Shown here in pieces: positions 18,530 through 28,095 of a stretch of DNA of 56,067 nt (position 1 is its first letter; each line of letters begins with the position of its first letter). The notes below the pieces were generated by a model. The model worked only from the letters and a program-made list of their open reading frames with translations. It had not been told where the DNA came from and did not search any database. Source of the DNA: Flavobacteriaceae bacterium (GTDB lineage: Bacteria; Bacteroidota; Bacteroidia; UKL13-3). The position numbers and the translations under genes were made by a program. Location of the stretch: positions 1 to 56,067 of the forward strand of contig JANYDJ010000156.1 in assembly GCA_025363675.1 (NCBI GenBank), written 5' to 3'.

Positions 18530-19579
18530 CTAATATCCATTCGCATCCAACCACCTTTGGTATCTTCTTGCATTCGCATTATGTTGCGATAATGTTTCCG
18601 CAAAATTGTGATAACCCATTCTGGTTTCGCTGGCACAATAAAATATAAAATTATTATTGTCGGCATTCAGCACTGCATCTATGGCTTCTATTGGTGGATT
18701 ACAAATTGGGCCAGGCGGTAAACCTTTGTGCGTATAGGTATTATAGGGCGATATGGCTGCTGCTTCTTTGTGCTTATTATATATACGTTTGATACTAAAA
18801 TCATTTAAAGCAAATTTGATAGTTGGATCCATTTCCAAGTTCATGTGTTTTTGCAAACGATTAAAAACCACACCCGCTATAATAGGCATATCCGATTGCT
18901 TATTGGTTTCTTTTGCCACAAGTGAGGCAATAGTTATACACTCGCTTCTTGATATTCCTCGTGATTTTAATTTGCTTTCTCGTTCATCATTCCAAAATTT
19001 GTTATACTCATGCACAAATCGCCCAATAACGCTGTCAGGCTTGGTATCCCAATTAATAAAATAAGTATTGGGAATAAATATTTCAAACATTTCTTGTGGT
19101 GAAATATTATATTTTTTAAGTTGATTTCCATTCCATAACTCTTTAGCCAAATCTTGACTATCGGTTTCCAAATTAGTCACCATACTTTTTATAATATCGC
19201 CAATCCGGTTGTGAGATTGTATAATGATTTTAACAGGCTCTTGATTACCAGAACGCAATAATTGTATCAGTTCCTTATTGCCCATTCCGTTAGTTAAGGT
19301 ATAGCGACCGGGCTTAATTAATACATCATACTTCATAGCTTCGGCGGCCCATTTAAAACTCCATGAATCTTCTAATAGCGGAGCCATATCATCCAACATA
19401 ATATGATAAGTGCTTGCTGTATGAATATAAAAAAACTGTTTGTCTTTGCTTAGTTTCAAATTCGGCTTTAACAATACAAACCAATACAACACGCCCACCG
19501 CAGCAGCCACTACTGCTACAATAGAACCTATTATGATAAAAAGTTTCTTATTATTTCGTTTTGATTTTTTCTTCGCCAT
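18530..19579 (-). CDS. mltG: Endolytic transglycosylase MltG
   Basis: N-terminal TM, ASLVAKET, IAGVVFNRL, LEMDPT, SPYNTY...GLPPGPICNP; TATATTTG at 19598-19605. Confidence 0.93.
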   Translation of the reverse strand: MAKKKSKRNNKKLFIIIGSIVAVVAAAVGVLYWFVLLKPNLKLSKDKQFFYIHTASTYHIMLDDMAPLLEDSWSFKWAAEAMKYDVLIKPGRYTLTNGMGNKELIQLLRSGNQEPVKIIIQSHNRIGDIIKSMVTNLETDSQDLAKELWNGNQLKKYNISPQEMFEIFIPNTYFINWDTKPDSVIGRFVHEYNKFWNDERESKLKSRGISRSECITIASLVAKETNKQSDMPIIAGVVFNRLQKHMNLEMDPTIKFALNDFSIKRIYNKHKEAAAISPYNTYTHKGLPPGPICNPPIEAIDAVLNADNNNFIFYCASETRMGYHNFAETLSQHNANARRYQRWLDANGY

Positions 19580-19615
19580 AATCTAATATTGGTATTGCAA
19601 ATATAAATACTTTCT

Positions 19616-21547
19616 TTATAAAGCAATATTCCATTTTTTGTTATTCGGTTCTAATTTTCTTAACCTTAATATATATATCTTTAAATTAATTTTATCATTA
19701 TTTTTCTCTGCAATATTAGCCAAATTCACCAAAGCTTGTATATGGTTGGGATCGTAAAAAACACATTTTAGCAAATGGGATTCCGCTAAAGCTATATTGT
19801 TTTCTTTACCTGCCACCATGGCCAAGTTATACCAAGCAATAGGCATTGCAGGATTTACCAATACCAATTTCTCCAATATTTCTTTCCCTTTTTGCATATT
19901 GTTTAAAGCTATATATACAATCCCCAACTTTTGTTGAAACTCCAAATTCTTGGGGGCATATTTCACTGCATTTTCAAACCACATCATAGAAGAACTTATA
20001 TCGCCTTTCTCAAAATAAGCCACCCCTACCCTATAATTGGTCCAAGCATCGGTACTTTGGGTTTTGTTGCTTTGTATATAATTGACTAGTTCAACATATT
20101 TTTGAGAAATATATAATTGTCGGATTTTAAATTCTGAAATTGTTGTTGGAGATGCTTTCGATTTATCTATATAATAAGTGGCACTATCCATGGTATGATT
20201 CTTATTATTATCTTTTTCATACGAATTCAGATACGCCACAGCAGCAGCAATATCAGCCACTTCCTGATTATTAATACAACGTAATCCTTTAAAAGTATTA
20301 TTCGTTGACCCGTTATTAGGAGTTGGCTTTTTTCTAATATAATGATCGGTAACTGATACGTGGGGAATATCACTGCTCCCATTTTTTGGCATGTGGCATT
20401 GCACACAATTATCTGCTAGTTTATTTCTTTTTATTATATTTTCTGAACAGGTATTTTTCTTAATTTCGGTATGACAATTTTTGCAAGCGGTATTATATTG
20501 TTCCTTGTCTGTTTGCCTCGTACTCACATGCGGATTATGGCAAGTAATACAAGTCATTTTAAGTTTATTATTGTCGTTCAAATCAGGATTGCTTTTTAAA
20601 AAACACGGGCTCATTTGCAACCTCACTGCCTGACTCGCCATATAAAATCTGTTTTCATCATCGGCATATCGGGGCAAGAAAACATCCATTACTTCACTCA
20701 GTTTCATACCGGGTCTAAAGCTTTGCCAGTCCTTGTCTGGCTTTAATATCGTATTACCCTGCAAGTGGCATCGCTGGCATACATCTATCTGCAATTGCCA
20801 AGGTAGTTTTCGTGGATTTACAATACTATAATCTGTCTCTTTTTTTGTATCAACCAATATACCTTTTTGCTTATCACTCACATGCAAACTTCCGGGACCA
20901 TGGCAACGCTCACAACCAATTCCCAAAGGAACTTTTGTAAACTGATTTTCGGAACCGGGCACATAATCGGGCAATGAATTATGGCAGCTCATGCACTCGT
21001 TACCTATAATGCGTGAGAAACGACTGTTTGCACCATTCTCGAAGCCTGGCGGCAAATCCCATTGCTGCTTTTGCGTATAAAAAGTAAGTGGTGCCTGATA
21101 TAAATATCCATTACTTTCTATAATATGTGAATTGGTATGATGCCCCGAACCTATGATATACTTTATCTTTTCATCACGACTATGAACGGTATCTTTTCCC
21201 AATAATTTAAATTCTTTTATATATAAATCACTCCCAATAAAATGGGGCATATAATATAAATCTAAAACCTTGTCATATATCACTTCGTGACCTGTAAACT
21301 TGCCTGCACTCTTTTGCGGAGTGGCCAACCCAAACGATTGCCCCATACCCGTTTGCATAAAAGTTTCATCCTTATCGGCATGGCAACCTTTGCATGCTTC
21401 GCTACCCAAATATTTGGCAGAATCGGAATGATTTCTATATAGGAAATTTCCTTTCGCTGGTTCGCTATGGTCACCACACGACCAAAAAATAATCATAAAT
21501 GCTACAAGTAAAAATACTGCGAAAGCTATATTTTTTGCCTGAGCCAA
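19616..21547 (-). CDS. Multiheme c-type cytochrome lipoprotein with C-terminal TPRs
   Basis: Seven CxxCH motifs (CKGCH, CMSCH, CERCH, CQRCH, CITCH, CKNCH, CVQCH); lipobox-like WSC; TPR-like tail. Confidence 0.82.
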   Translation of the reverse strand: MAQAKNIAFAVFLLVAFMIIFWSCGDHSEPAKGNFLYRNHSDSAKYLGSEACKGCHADKDETFMQTGMGQSFGLATPQKSAGKFTGHEVIYDKVLDLYYMPHFIGSDLYIKEFKLLGKDTVHSRDEKIKYIIGSGHHTNSHIIESNGYLYQAPLTFYTQKQQWDLPPGFENGANSRFSRIIGNECMSCHNSLPDYVPGSENQFTKVPLGIGCERCHGPGSLHVSDKQKGILVDTKKETDYSIVNPRKLPWQLQIDVCQRCHLQGNTILKPDKDWQSFRPGMKLSEVMDVFLPRYADDENRFYMASQAVRLQMSPCFLKSNPDLNDNNKLKMTCITCHNPHVSTRQTDKEQYNTACKNCHTEIKKNTCSENIIKRNKLADNCVQCHMPKNGSSDIPHVSVTDHYIRKKPTPNNGSTNNTFKGLRCINNQEVADIAAAVAYLNSYEKDNNKNHTMDSATYYIDKSKASPTTISEFKIRQLYISQKYVELVNYIQSNKTQSTDAWTNYRVGVAYFEKGDISSSMMWFENAVKYAPKNLEFQQKLGIVYIALNNMQKGKEILEKLVLVNPAMPIAWYNLAMVAGKENNIALAESHLLKCVFYDPNHIQALVNLANIAEKNNDKINLKIYILRLRKLEPNNKKWNIAL

Positions 21548-21568
21548 AACAGGATGTATTATAGTTAA

Positions 21569-21877
21569 TTAATTGCCAAACTTAGCCTGCCAATCCATCA
21601 TACCACCCAATAGATTACGCACATTGGTGAATCCATTTTTCATCATATAATCGCGTGCTGCTGCACTACGGCCACCTGCTTTGCAATGCACTATCACTTC
21701 TTCATCTTTCCAATCGGCCAGGTCATCAACAACCGATTGTATAGTACCCAAGGGTATAAGCTTGGCACCTATATTAAATTCATCAAATTCATACTGTTCA
21801 CGCACATCAATAATGTTTAGTTTTTCACCACTATCCATGCGTTGTTTTAATTCTTCTGCTGTAATGTCTGCCATCAT
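21569..21877 (-). CDS. Rhodanese-like protein
   Basis: IIDVREQYEF, HCKAGGRS, NLLGGMMDW. Confidence 0.9.
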   Translation of the reverse strand: MMADITAEELKQRMDSGEKLNIIDVREQYEFDEFNIGAKLIPLGTIQSVVDDLADWKDEEVIVHCKAGGRSAAARDYMMKNGFTNVRNLLGGMMDWQAKFGN

Positions 21878-21880
21878 TGT

Positions 21881-22001
21881 AATAATATCTAAATTCTAAT
21901 AACTAATATCTAAATTCTAATAACTAAAAACTAATATCTAAATTCTAATTTAACAAACCGCTCCAACTCGTTACTCGTTACTCCTTATTCCTTATTCCTT
22001 A
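21881..22001. repeat. Intergenic 7/21-nt tandem repeats
   Basis: TAATATCTAAATTCTAAT x3, then CTCGTTA CTCGTTA CTCCTTA TTCCTTA TTCCTTA. Confidence 0.75.
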
Positions 22002-22009
22002 CCCCTCTC

Positions 22010-22939
22010 TTATTCCTTCACCTCCTCCTTCACTTTCTCCTCCACCTTTACTTCAACTTTGGGTTCAGTATCTGTTTCTTTTTTCAACTCGGGCATTTTA
22101 TCAGCAAGCAAGTCCAATAATTGTATCAGTTTACTTTGCATTTCTGAGCGGTTTAAAATAAAATCTACAAAGCCATGCTCTAATAAAAATTCAGAACTTT
22201 GGAAACCTTTGGGCAAATCTTTCCCTATGGCTTCTTTTATAATACGTGGTCCTGCAAATCCTATCAATGCCTCGGGTTCGGCAATATTAAAATCGCCCAA
22301 CATGGCAAACGATGCCGTAACACCACCAGTTGTGGGATCGGTTAAATAGGAAATATAAGGAACACCAGCTTGTGAAAGCAAAGCCAATTTTGCAGAAGTT
22401 TTTGCCATTTGCATTAGTGAAAATGCAGCCTCCATCATTCTGGCCCCACCCGATTTGCTGATAACCATTACAGGAATTCTATGCTCACGTCCATAGTCGA
22501 TAGCCCTGGCAATTTTTTCTCCCATTACGGAACCCATAGAGCCGCCGATGAAATTAAAATCCATACATGCCACTACTAGTTTATGCCTGCCAATATCTCC
22601 TACAGCAACACGCAAGGCATCGTTTAAGCCCGTTTTGTTTATGGTATCCTTTAATCTACTTTCATAGCTTTTGGTATCGTTGAATTTAAGTGGGTCGGTG
22701 GGCAAAATATTGGAAAACAGTTCCGTAAAATTCTCTCCAAACAATACTTCAAAATACTCTGCTGAACCAATCTTTGTATGATAGTTACAATTGGGGCATA
22801 CCCATTTATTATTGATATGGTCATTCGTGTCCATCACTTTTTTGCAGCGGGAACACTTGTGCCACAAGCCCTCGGGCGTGGATTTTTTATCTTTGGTGGA
22901 AGTAGTTATCCCTTCCTTAACGCGTTTAAACCAACTCAT
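22010..22939 (-). CDS. accD: Acetyl-CoA carboxylase carboxyltransferase beta subunit
   Basis: GLWHKC Zn ribbon, FIGGSMGSVMGEK, SGGARMMEA, DPTTGGVTASFAMLGD, IGFAGPR. Confidence 0.96.
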   Translation of the reverse strand: MSWFKRVKEGITTSTKDKKSTPEGLWHKCSRCKKVMDTNDHINNKWVCPNCNYHTKIGSAEYFEVLFGENFTELFSNILPTDPLKFNDTKSYESRLKDTINKTGLNDALRVAVGDIGRHKLVVACMDFNFIGGSMGSVMGEKIARAIDYGREHRIPVMVISKSGGARMMEAAFSLMQMAKTSAKLALLSQAGVPYISYLTDPTTGGVTASFAMLGDFNIAEPEALIGFAGPRIIKEAIGKDLPKGFQSSEFLLEHGFVDFILNRSEMQSKLIQLLDLLADKMPELKKETDTEPKVEVKVEEKVKEEVKE

Positions 22940-23140
22940 CTTTTAACACTGATTTTTTAAATGGTGAGCAAAAATCGGTTTTTTCTCCCAAACTTGTTCG
23001 TTTATAATCTAATTGTATAATTTACAAAGGGTTAATTTATCACCCATTCATATCTATTTTTCTTTTTTTTTTAACCAATCTACTTTTTCCTAGCAGGTTT
23101 CTTTCGAGAATTTTGCCATTTATTTCATGTCCAAAAATGT

Positions 23141-23201
23141 CCCATGTTTTTAAAACGTGTCCGTTTTATTCACTTTTTTACCCACGTTTTAAAAACATGG
23201 G
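23141..23201. repeat. Perfect 19-bp inverted repeat downstream of the Fic gene
   Basis: CCCATGTTTTTAAAACGTG (23141-23159) and CACGTTTTAAAAACATGGG (23183-23201). Confidence 0.8.
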
Positions 23202-23219
23202 TAATCGTTACCCACGTTC

Positions 23220-24314
23220 TTAAGCTCCTTTTTTAAGTAACGCGTACAGTTTTATATTTATGTAAATCAATTCTTTACCTTTTATTTCTTGAGTTAAAAT
23301 TTTGACATCTTCAAGATTTTTCAAATAACTCCCTGCTGTTTTTCTGTTCAGTTTTAAATTCTCTACCAAGAATTCTATTTTACAGTAAGGGTGAATAAAT
23401 AGTTGTTCGATTAGGTCTTTAGAATAAATTTTTGGCAACTTTTCCTGAACTAATTTTTGCGTGTCGTTAAATACTTTATTGATTTTATTTATTTGCTTAA
23501 TAGTTTCAATCGCAGTTTCTTCAACGCCCTTTAAAATAAATAGTATCCAATCTTCCCAGTTATTTTTAGTTCTAACCTCTTGAAGCAAGCGGTAATAATC
23601 GCCTTTTTTCTTGATGATAAATGAACTCAGATACAAAACAGGCTCATCTAATAGTCCTTTTAAAATTAAGTAAAGCACATTTATTATTCTTCCTGTTCTA
23701 CCATTTCCATCATAAAATGGATGAATACTTTCAAATTGATAATGCTGAATGGCTAATTTAATTAACGGTGAAATATCATCAGAATCATCATTGAGATATT
23801 CTTCTAGATTCTTCATTAAATTTGTTATAGTATCATAGTTGTCAGGTGGTGTATAAATTACTTCATTGGTTAAATCGTTTACTAATGAAGTTCCGGGAAG
23901 CTTTCGAATACCCGCATTGTTTTCCTCTAATTCTTTTTGAATATCAACAATACCATTTGTATTGAGAAAGCCTCTTTTTTTTATCAATCTGGTTCCCATT
24001 AACAGGGCTTCTCTGTAACGCAAAACTTCTTTGGTTGCAACATCTGGCTTTACTGATTTTGCGAACAAAGCCTGGTATAGTTTATCTTGAGTTGTAATAA
24101 CATTTTCAATTTCAGAACTTGCTTGAGCCTCCTTTAATACAACGGCATTTATCAATATATTCGGATTGGGCAATGTTTTAGCAAGCCCCTTTAATTCGGC
24201 CAATGCAACGGCTGATTTACTAACTTGCTTTAAAACCTTAATGGTTTCAATTGAAGACAACTTTGGAGGAAGTAAGGGTAAATTATTAAATGCTTTATTT
24301 TTTTTAATAGCCAT
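23220..24314 (-). CDS. Fic family AMP transferase (SoFic-like, class II)
   Basis: HPFYDGNGRTGR catalytic motif; N-terminal SSEIEN inhibitory motif; C-terminal wHTH-like segment. Confidence 0.92.
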   Translation of the reverse strand: MAIKKNKAFNNLPLLPPKLSSIETIKVLKQVSKSAVALAELKGLAKTLPNPNILINAVVLKEAQASSEIENVITTQDKLYQALFAKSVKPDVATKEVLRYREALLMGTRLIKKRGFLNTNGIVDIQKELEENNAGIRKLPGTSLVNDLTNEVIYTPPDNYDTITNLMKNLEEYLNDDSDDISPLIKLAIQHYQFESIHPFYDGNGRTGRIINVLYLILKGLLDEPVLYLSSFIIKKKGDYYRLLQEVRTKNNWEDWILFILKGVEETAIETIKQINKINKVFNDTQKLVQEKLPKIYSKDLIEQLFIHPYCKIEFLVENLKLNRKTAGSYLKNLEDVKILTQEIKGKELIYINIKLYALLKKGA

Positions 24315-24416
24315 AATTGTATTCCTAAATTATATACTCAATACCGTGTATCCCTCAACAAGTCGGTTAGTGTAGTTCCTATTCTAAGTAAGAAACAACA
24401 GGATTATCTTAACAAA

Positions 24417-24911
24417 TCACCCAAACTCTATCATCACTTGATTCTTTTCCACTTTATCTTTTTCAGCTATATATATTTTCTTAATCAGCCCATCAACAGG
24501 CGATTTGATTATATTCTCCATCTTCATAGCTTCTAATAATAAAAGGCTATCTCCTTTAGCAATCTGCTGTCCTTCTTGTGCTATAAGTTTCAGCACCATG
24601 CCAGGCATTGGGGCTTTTACTTGTCCTTGTTTTTTACCCGCTTTGGTATCCATTCCCATACTCGCCAAAAGCTCATCGTATCTGTCTTGTAGCTTCACAG
24701 TAGTTTTTTTTCCATTTACTTTCACTACTATCTCTTTGCTATCTTCATCGGTGCTTACAATCTCCACCTTATAATTACGCCCACGCAAATTATAAAGATA
24801 ATTATCGCCGTCTTTTGATAATAGTTCCAGTGGCACCAACTGCCCATTCACCCGCAGTCCTTCTGCCTTTTGCTCGATATTAATTTCCTTGCCTTCTATT
24901 TTGGCTTTCAT
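24417..24911 (-). CDS. Biotin carboxyl carrier protein (biotin/lipoyl-binding)
   Basis: KAPMPG and EAMKMEN biotinylation motif; ATG at 24911 preceded by TATATTTG (24916-24923). Confidence 0.9.
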   Translation of the reverse strand: MKAKIEGKEINIEQKAEGLRVNGQLVPLELLSKDGDNYLYNLRGRNYKVEIVSTDEDSKEIVVKVNGKKTTVKLQDRYDELLASMGMDTKAGKKQGQVKAPMPGMVLKLIAQEGQQIAKGDSLLLLEAMKMENIIKSPVDGLIKKIYIAEKDKVEKNQVMIEFG

Positions 24912-25105
24912 GCTGCAAATATAGGAATAGTGATGAATTATGAGTGATGAATTATAAATTTGCTGACGCCTAATTATGCAGACAAGAAACAAAATAGAAT
25001 AAATATGAAAAGAGCAATAATTTATTGAGTAATTCGTTATTAAAAAATAAAGATGTGTAGTAAAATCTATTTTGTTACTTATGAAATACTCGTTATACAG
25101 ATAAT

Positions 25106-26455
25106 ATGCAACATAAATTAGGTTATCAATTTTTTGTTGTATTAATTTTGTTATTAGGCAAAGTTTGTGCTCAACAAAGGTTAATTCAATTTCAATCAAA
25201 CATCATATATCTTCATATACCAAGTTGCTTTCAAGTAAAATTTCCCGAAAATGACACGAATCAATATGCGATTATATCAAATGATGGACTAATTAAAAGA
25301 GGAGATACTAGCTATTTATTCTCTGCTTCGCATGTGGGCTCGTCTAAAATTTATATAACAAATAATAAAACAAAATCAATTTTAGATTCCATCGAGCTTG
25401 TATGCAAACAAATACCGACCTTAACGTCGATATATGGTACCAAAGCAAGTGGCAGCATTAGTAGCGGCGAAATCCCTCTTCAACAAATTATATGGACTGG
25501 ATTAGGTCCCAAAGATTGGATTGCTGGATGTATTTTCAAATCCGTTGTACAATCATACACCTCTTATATCTTTAAGGCAGACACTTTTTACAAGCATCAT
25601 AATAAAAACAACAAAATTAGTCACTCGCCCGATGAATATGAGTCAGGAGAAATCATATTGATAGATGAAATCGAATCAAAAGTAAAAAACTGTGATGATA
25701 AGTTTATCGCACCTAATTTACTTTTAATAGTGGATGCAAAAAATAGAACCTCAATTAATGATATGAACAAATCTGACAATTTAAAAAACTATGAATATAG
25801 TCTAAGTTGCTTTGCTGGAAATTGCCGCCTGAAAAAACAAACCAATGATTCTGGATTTATTATCAAATTATATACCGACGATAGTTTACATAAAGTCATA
25901 TTTGAAGAAAAGTGTATTAATGGAAAGTCAATGTTTCAATACAATGGAATAAAAAAGTATATGCAACCAGAGCCAATAGATACGCAAGAGGTGAAAGATT
26001 TCATCAAATGGGATATAGCCACACAATGGGATTCATTTTATGGCAAAAGAGATAAATATATAAACAATATCTTCCCACTTAGCAACCCAAATTTATTTTC
26101 AGAAAAAAATTCTTCAAGCATGGTCTCCTTCAAAAGTCTAAGAAATTTTTTTAGTAAAGAGGAATGCCAATATCTCAAAAACTTAGGGAGAAATAGAAAT
26201 TGCTCGGCAAGCTTTTTTCCAAAAAATATTCCTCTTATCTCTGACACTATTAATTACAATAATGACAATCTAATTAGTTGGCCCACTGTTATAAACTACT
26301 CCATCCCCCTAATTACCAAAGACAAAAAATACGCTATTGTATACAAATCGTATAGCTGCGGGATTCTTTGTGCAGCCCAATGTTGTTTTATCTACAAAAG
26401 AATCGGTCGACATAAATGGAAACTATATAAAAGATTTGATTGCTGGGTAAGTTGA
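25106..26455 (+). CDS. Hypothetical secreted protein, N-terminal half possibly GldM/PorM C-terminal-like
   Basis: 449-aa ORF with signal peptide; weak resemblance by eye only. Confidence 0.55.
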   Translation: MQHKLGYQFFVVLILLLGKVCAQQRLIQFQSNIIYLHIPSCFQVKFPENDTNQYAIISNDGLIKRGDTSYLFSASHVGSSKIYITNNKTKSILDSIELVCKQIPTLTSIYGTKASGSISSGEIPLQQIIWTGLGPKDWIAGCIFKSVVQSYTSYIFKADTFYKHHNKNNKISHSPDEYESGEIILIDEIESKVKNCDDKFIAPNLLLIVDAKNRTSINDMNKSDNLKNYEYSLSCFAGNCRLKKQTNDSGFIIKLYTDDSLHKVIFEEKCINGKSMFQYNGIKKYMQPEPIDTQEVKDFIKWDIATQWDSFYGKRDKYINNIFPLSNPNLFSEKNSSSMVSFKSLRNFFSKEECQYLKNLGRNRNCSASFFPKNIPLISDTINYNNDNLISWPTVINYSIPLITKDKKYAIVYKSYSCGILCAAQCCFIYKRIGRHKWKLYKRFDCWVS

Positions 26456-26492
26456 CCTTTGCTTCTTTTCTAACTTAATATTACACTACAAC

Positions 26493-26514
26493 AAAAAGCC
26501 CCTTGCGGGGCTTT
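26493..26514 (-). terminator. Intrinsic terminator after ftsZ
   Basis: Minus strand AAAGCCCC-GCAA-GGGGCTTTTT. Confidence 0.8.
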
Positions 26515-26556
26515 CAAATTATGTCAACAATTAGGAGTTTGGTCTTGCTCTTTACA

Positions 26557-28023
26557 TTAATCTACATTGTCGTGCAGAAATGAATTGTTCTGTTTTAGTT
26601 CGTGTTTCTTTTCCTCTTTTTCTTCTACCAACGATACACGACTCAAATTATTCTCCGACGAGTGGGGTACTTTTTCAAGATTGATTGCTTTGCGTATATA
26701 GGCAGGAACATTATACATTTCATCTACCATCTGTGGGTTGCGAATATCTTGACTTAGTTTACGCATTTCCACCATACGCTGTTTTAATTTTTCAACGCGT
26801 TCTTTATCTGCATACATCTCTGGAGTTATATGCTCTTCTGGAGCTGGTGTTTCTATTTTTTCTGCTTCTATAGGTTCTTGGGTATGATCGGCCACAGGCT
26901 CATCTGCCGGGGGGAGCGGAGCATTCAAATCAAATAATTCAAACTGATTTTCTTCTTCGTTTAGTTTTGGTTCTTGAGGTTTATTAATTGTATTATTTAC
27001 CGGTTGATTATTCTCTTCTACCAAATTTCTTTTCACCCATTGTTGTTCGATAGGTTTATTTTCTACGGGCTCAAATCCGGTTGCTATAATAGTTACCGAA
27101 ATTTTATTTCCCAACGATTCATCTTGGGTAAGTCCTAATATAATATCCGTAGTAATTTCTGCTTCGCGTTGTACATAGTTGGTAATTTCTTCTATCTCCG
27201 TCATCAATGCTTCATCGGTACCACTTGTTATATTCAATAATATATTTTTCGCTCCTTTAATTTTATTATTATTCAAAAGCGGACTCGTCATTGCTGCTTC
27301 AATAGCATTCAATGCTCTGCACTCGCCTTCTGCACTTGCGGTTCCCATAATGGCTACACCACTATTGGTCATAACGGTACGCACATCTTCAAAATCCACA
27401 TTTATATATCCTGTAACAGTTATAATTTCTGCAATACCTTTTGCTGCGGTAGTTAATATATCATTGGCATGAGAAAATGCATTACTGAATTTTTGGTTGC
27501 CATGCAGTTCCATGATACGATCATTGTTAATCACCAATAAGCAATCAACAGAATCTTTCATGCGTTGCAAACCGCTATCAGCAAAATTTCTTCTGCGATT
27601 ACCTTCTACTTTAAAAGGTGTGGTAACAATACCCACCGTAAGTATGCCCATATCTTTGGCAGTTTGTGCTATAATAGGTGCGGCACCTGTTCCTGTTCCG
27701 CCACCCATACCGGCAGTAATGAATAACATTTTAGTATTCACACCCAATAAATCTACTATACTTCCTATACTTTCTTGTGCGGCTTTTTCCCCTATTTCAG
27801 GATTTGAACCAGCACCCAAACCACCCGTCAAACTTTGTCCAATCTGTAATTTCAATTGTATGGGACTTGCCTCAATAGCTTGCATATCGGTATTGCATAT
27901 CACAAAGTCGACGCCACGTATGCCTTGGTTATACATGTGGTTTACCGCATTGCCGCCACCACCACCAACACCTATTACCTTTATAATATTCTGCTTATCT
28001 TTTGGTATGTCGAATTGTATCAT
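26557..28023 (-). CDS. ftsZ: Cell division protein FtsZ
   Basis: GVGGGGGNAV, GMGGGTGTG, INVDFEDV, C-terminal FLHDNVD. Confidence 0.98.
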   Translation of the reverse strand: MIQFDIPKDKQNIIKVIGVGGGGGNAVNHMYNQGIRGVDFVICNTDMQAIEASPIQLKLQIGQSLTGGLGAGSNPEIGEKAAQESIGSIVDLLGVNTKMLFITAGMGGGTGTGAAPIIAQTAKDMGILTVGIVTTPFKVEGNRRRNFADSGLQRMKDSVDCLLVINNDRIMELHGNQKFSNAFSHANDILTTAAKGIAEIITVTGYINVDFEDVRTVMTNSGVAIMGTASAEGECRALNAIEAAMTSPLLNNNKIKGAKNILLNITSGTDEALMTEIEEITNYVQREAEITTDIILGLTQDESLGNKISVTIIATGFEPVENKPIEQQWVKRNLVEENNQPVNNTINKPQEPKLNEEENQFELFDLNAPLPPADEPVADHTQEPIEAEKIETPAPEEHITPEMYADKERVEKLKQRMVEMRKLSQDIRNPQMVDEMYNVPAYIRKAINLEKVPHSSENNLSRVSLVEEKEEKKHELKQNNSFLHDNVD

Positions 28024-28063
28024 AATCTCTTAGTTTAATTTTATTATATATAATAGTTCCACC

Positions 28064-28091
28064 ATTAACAATTAACAATTAATCATTAACA
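28064..28091. repeat. Heptamer array between ftsA and ftsZ
   Basis: ATTAACA ATTAACA ATTAATC ATTAACA. Confidence 0.7.
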
Positions 28092-28095
28092 ATTA

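Noticed and set aside
24912-25199. 96-aa N-terminal extension of the biotin carrier ORF
   Set aside because: It overlaps a divergent gene and a promoter; ATG 24911 gives a normal-length protein
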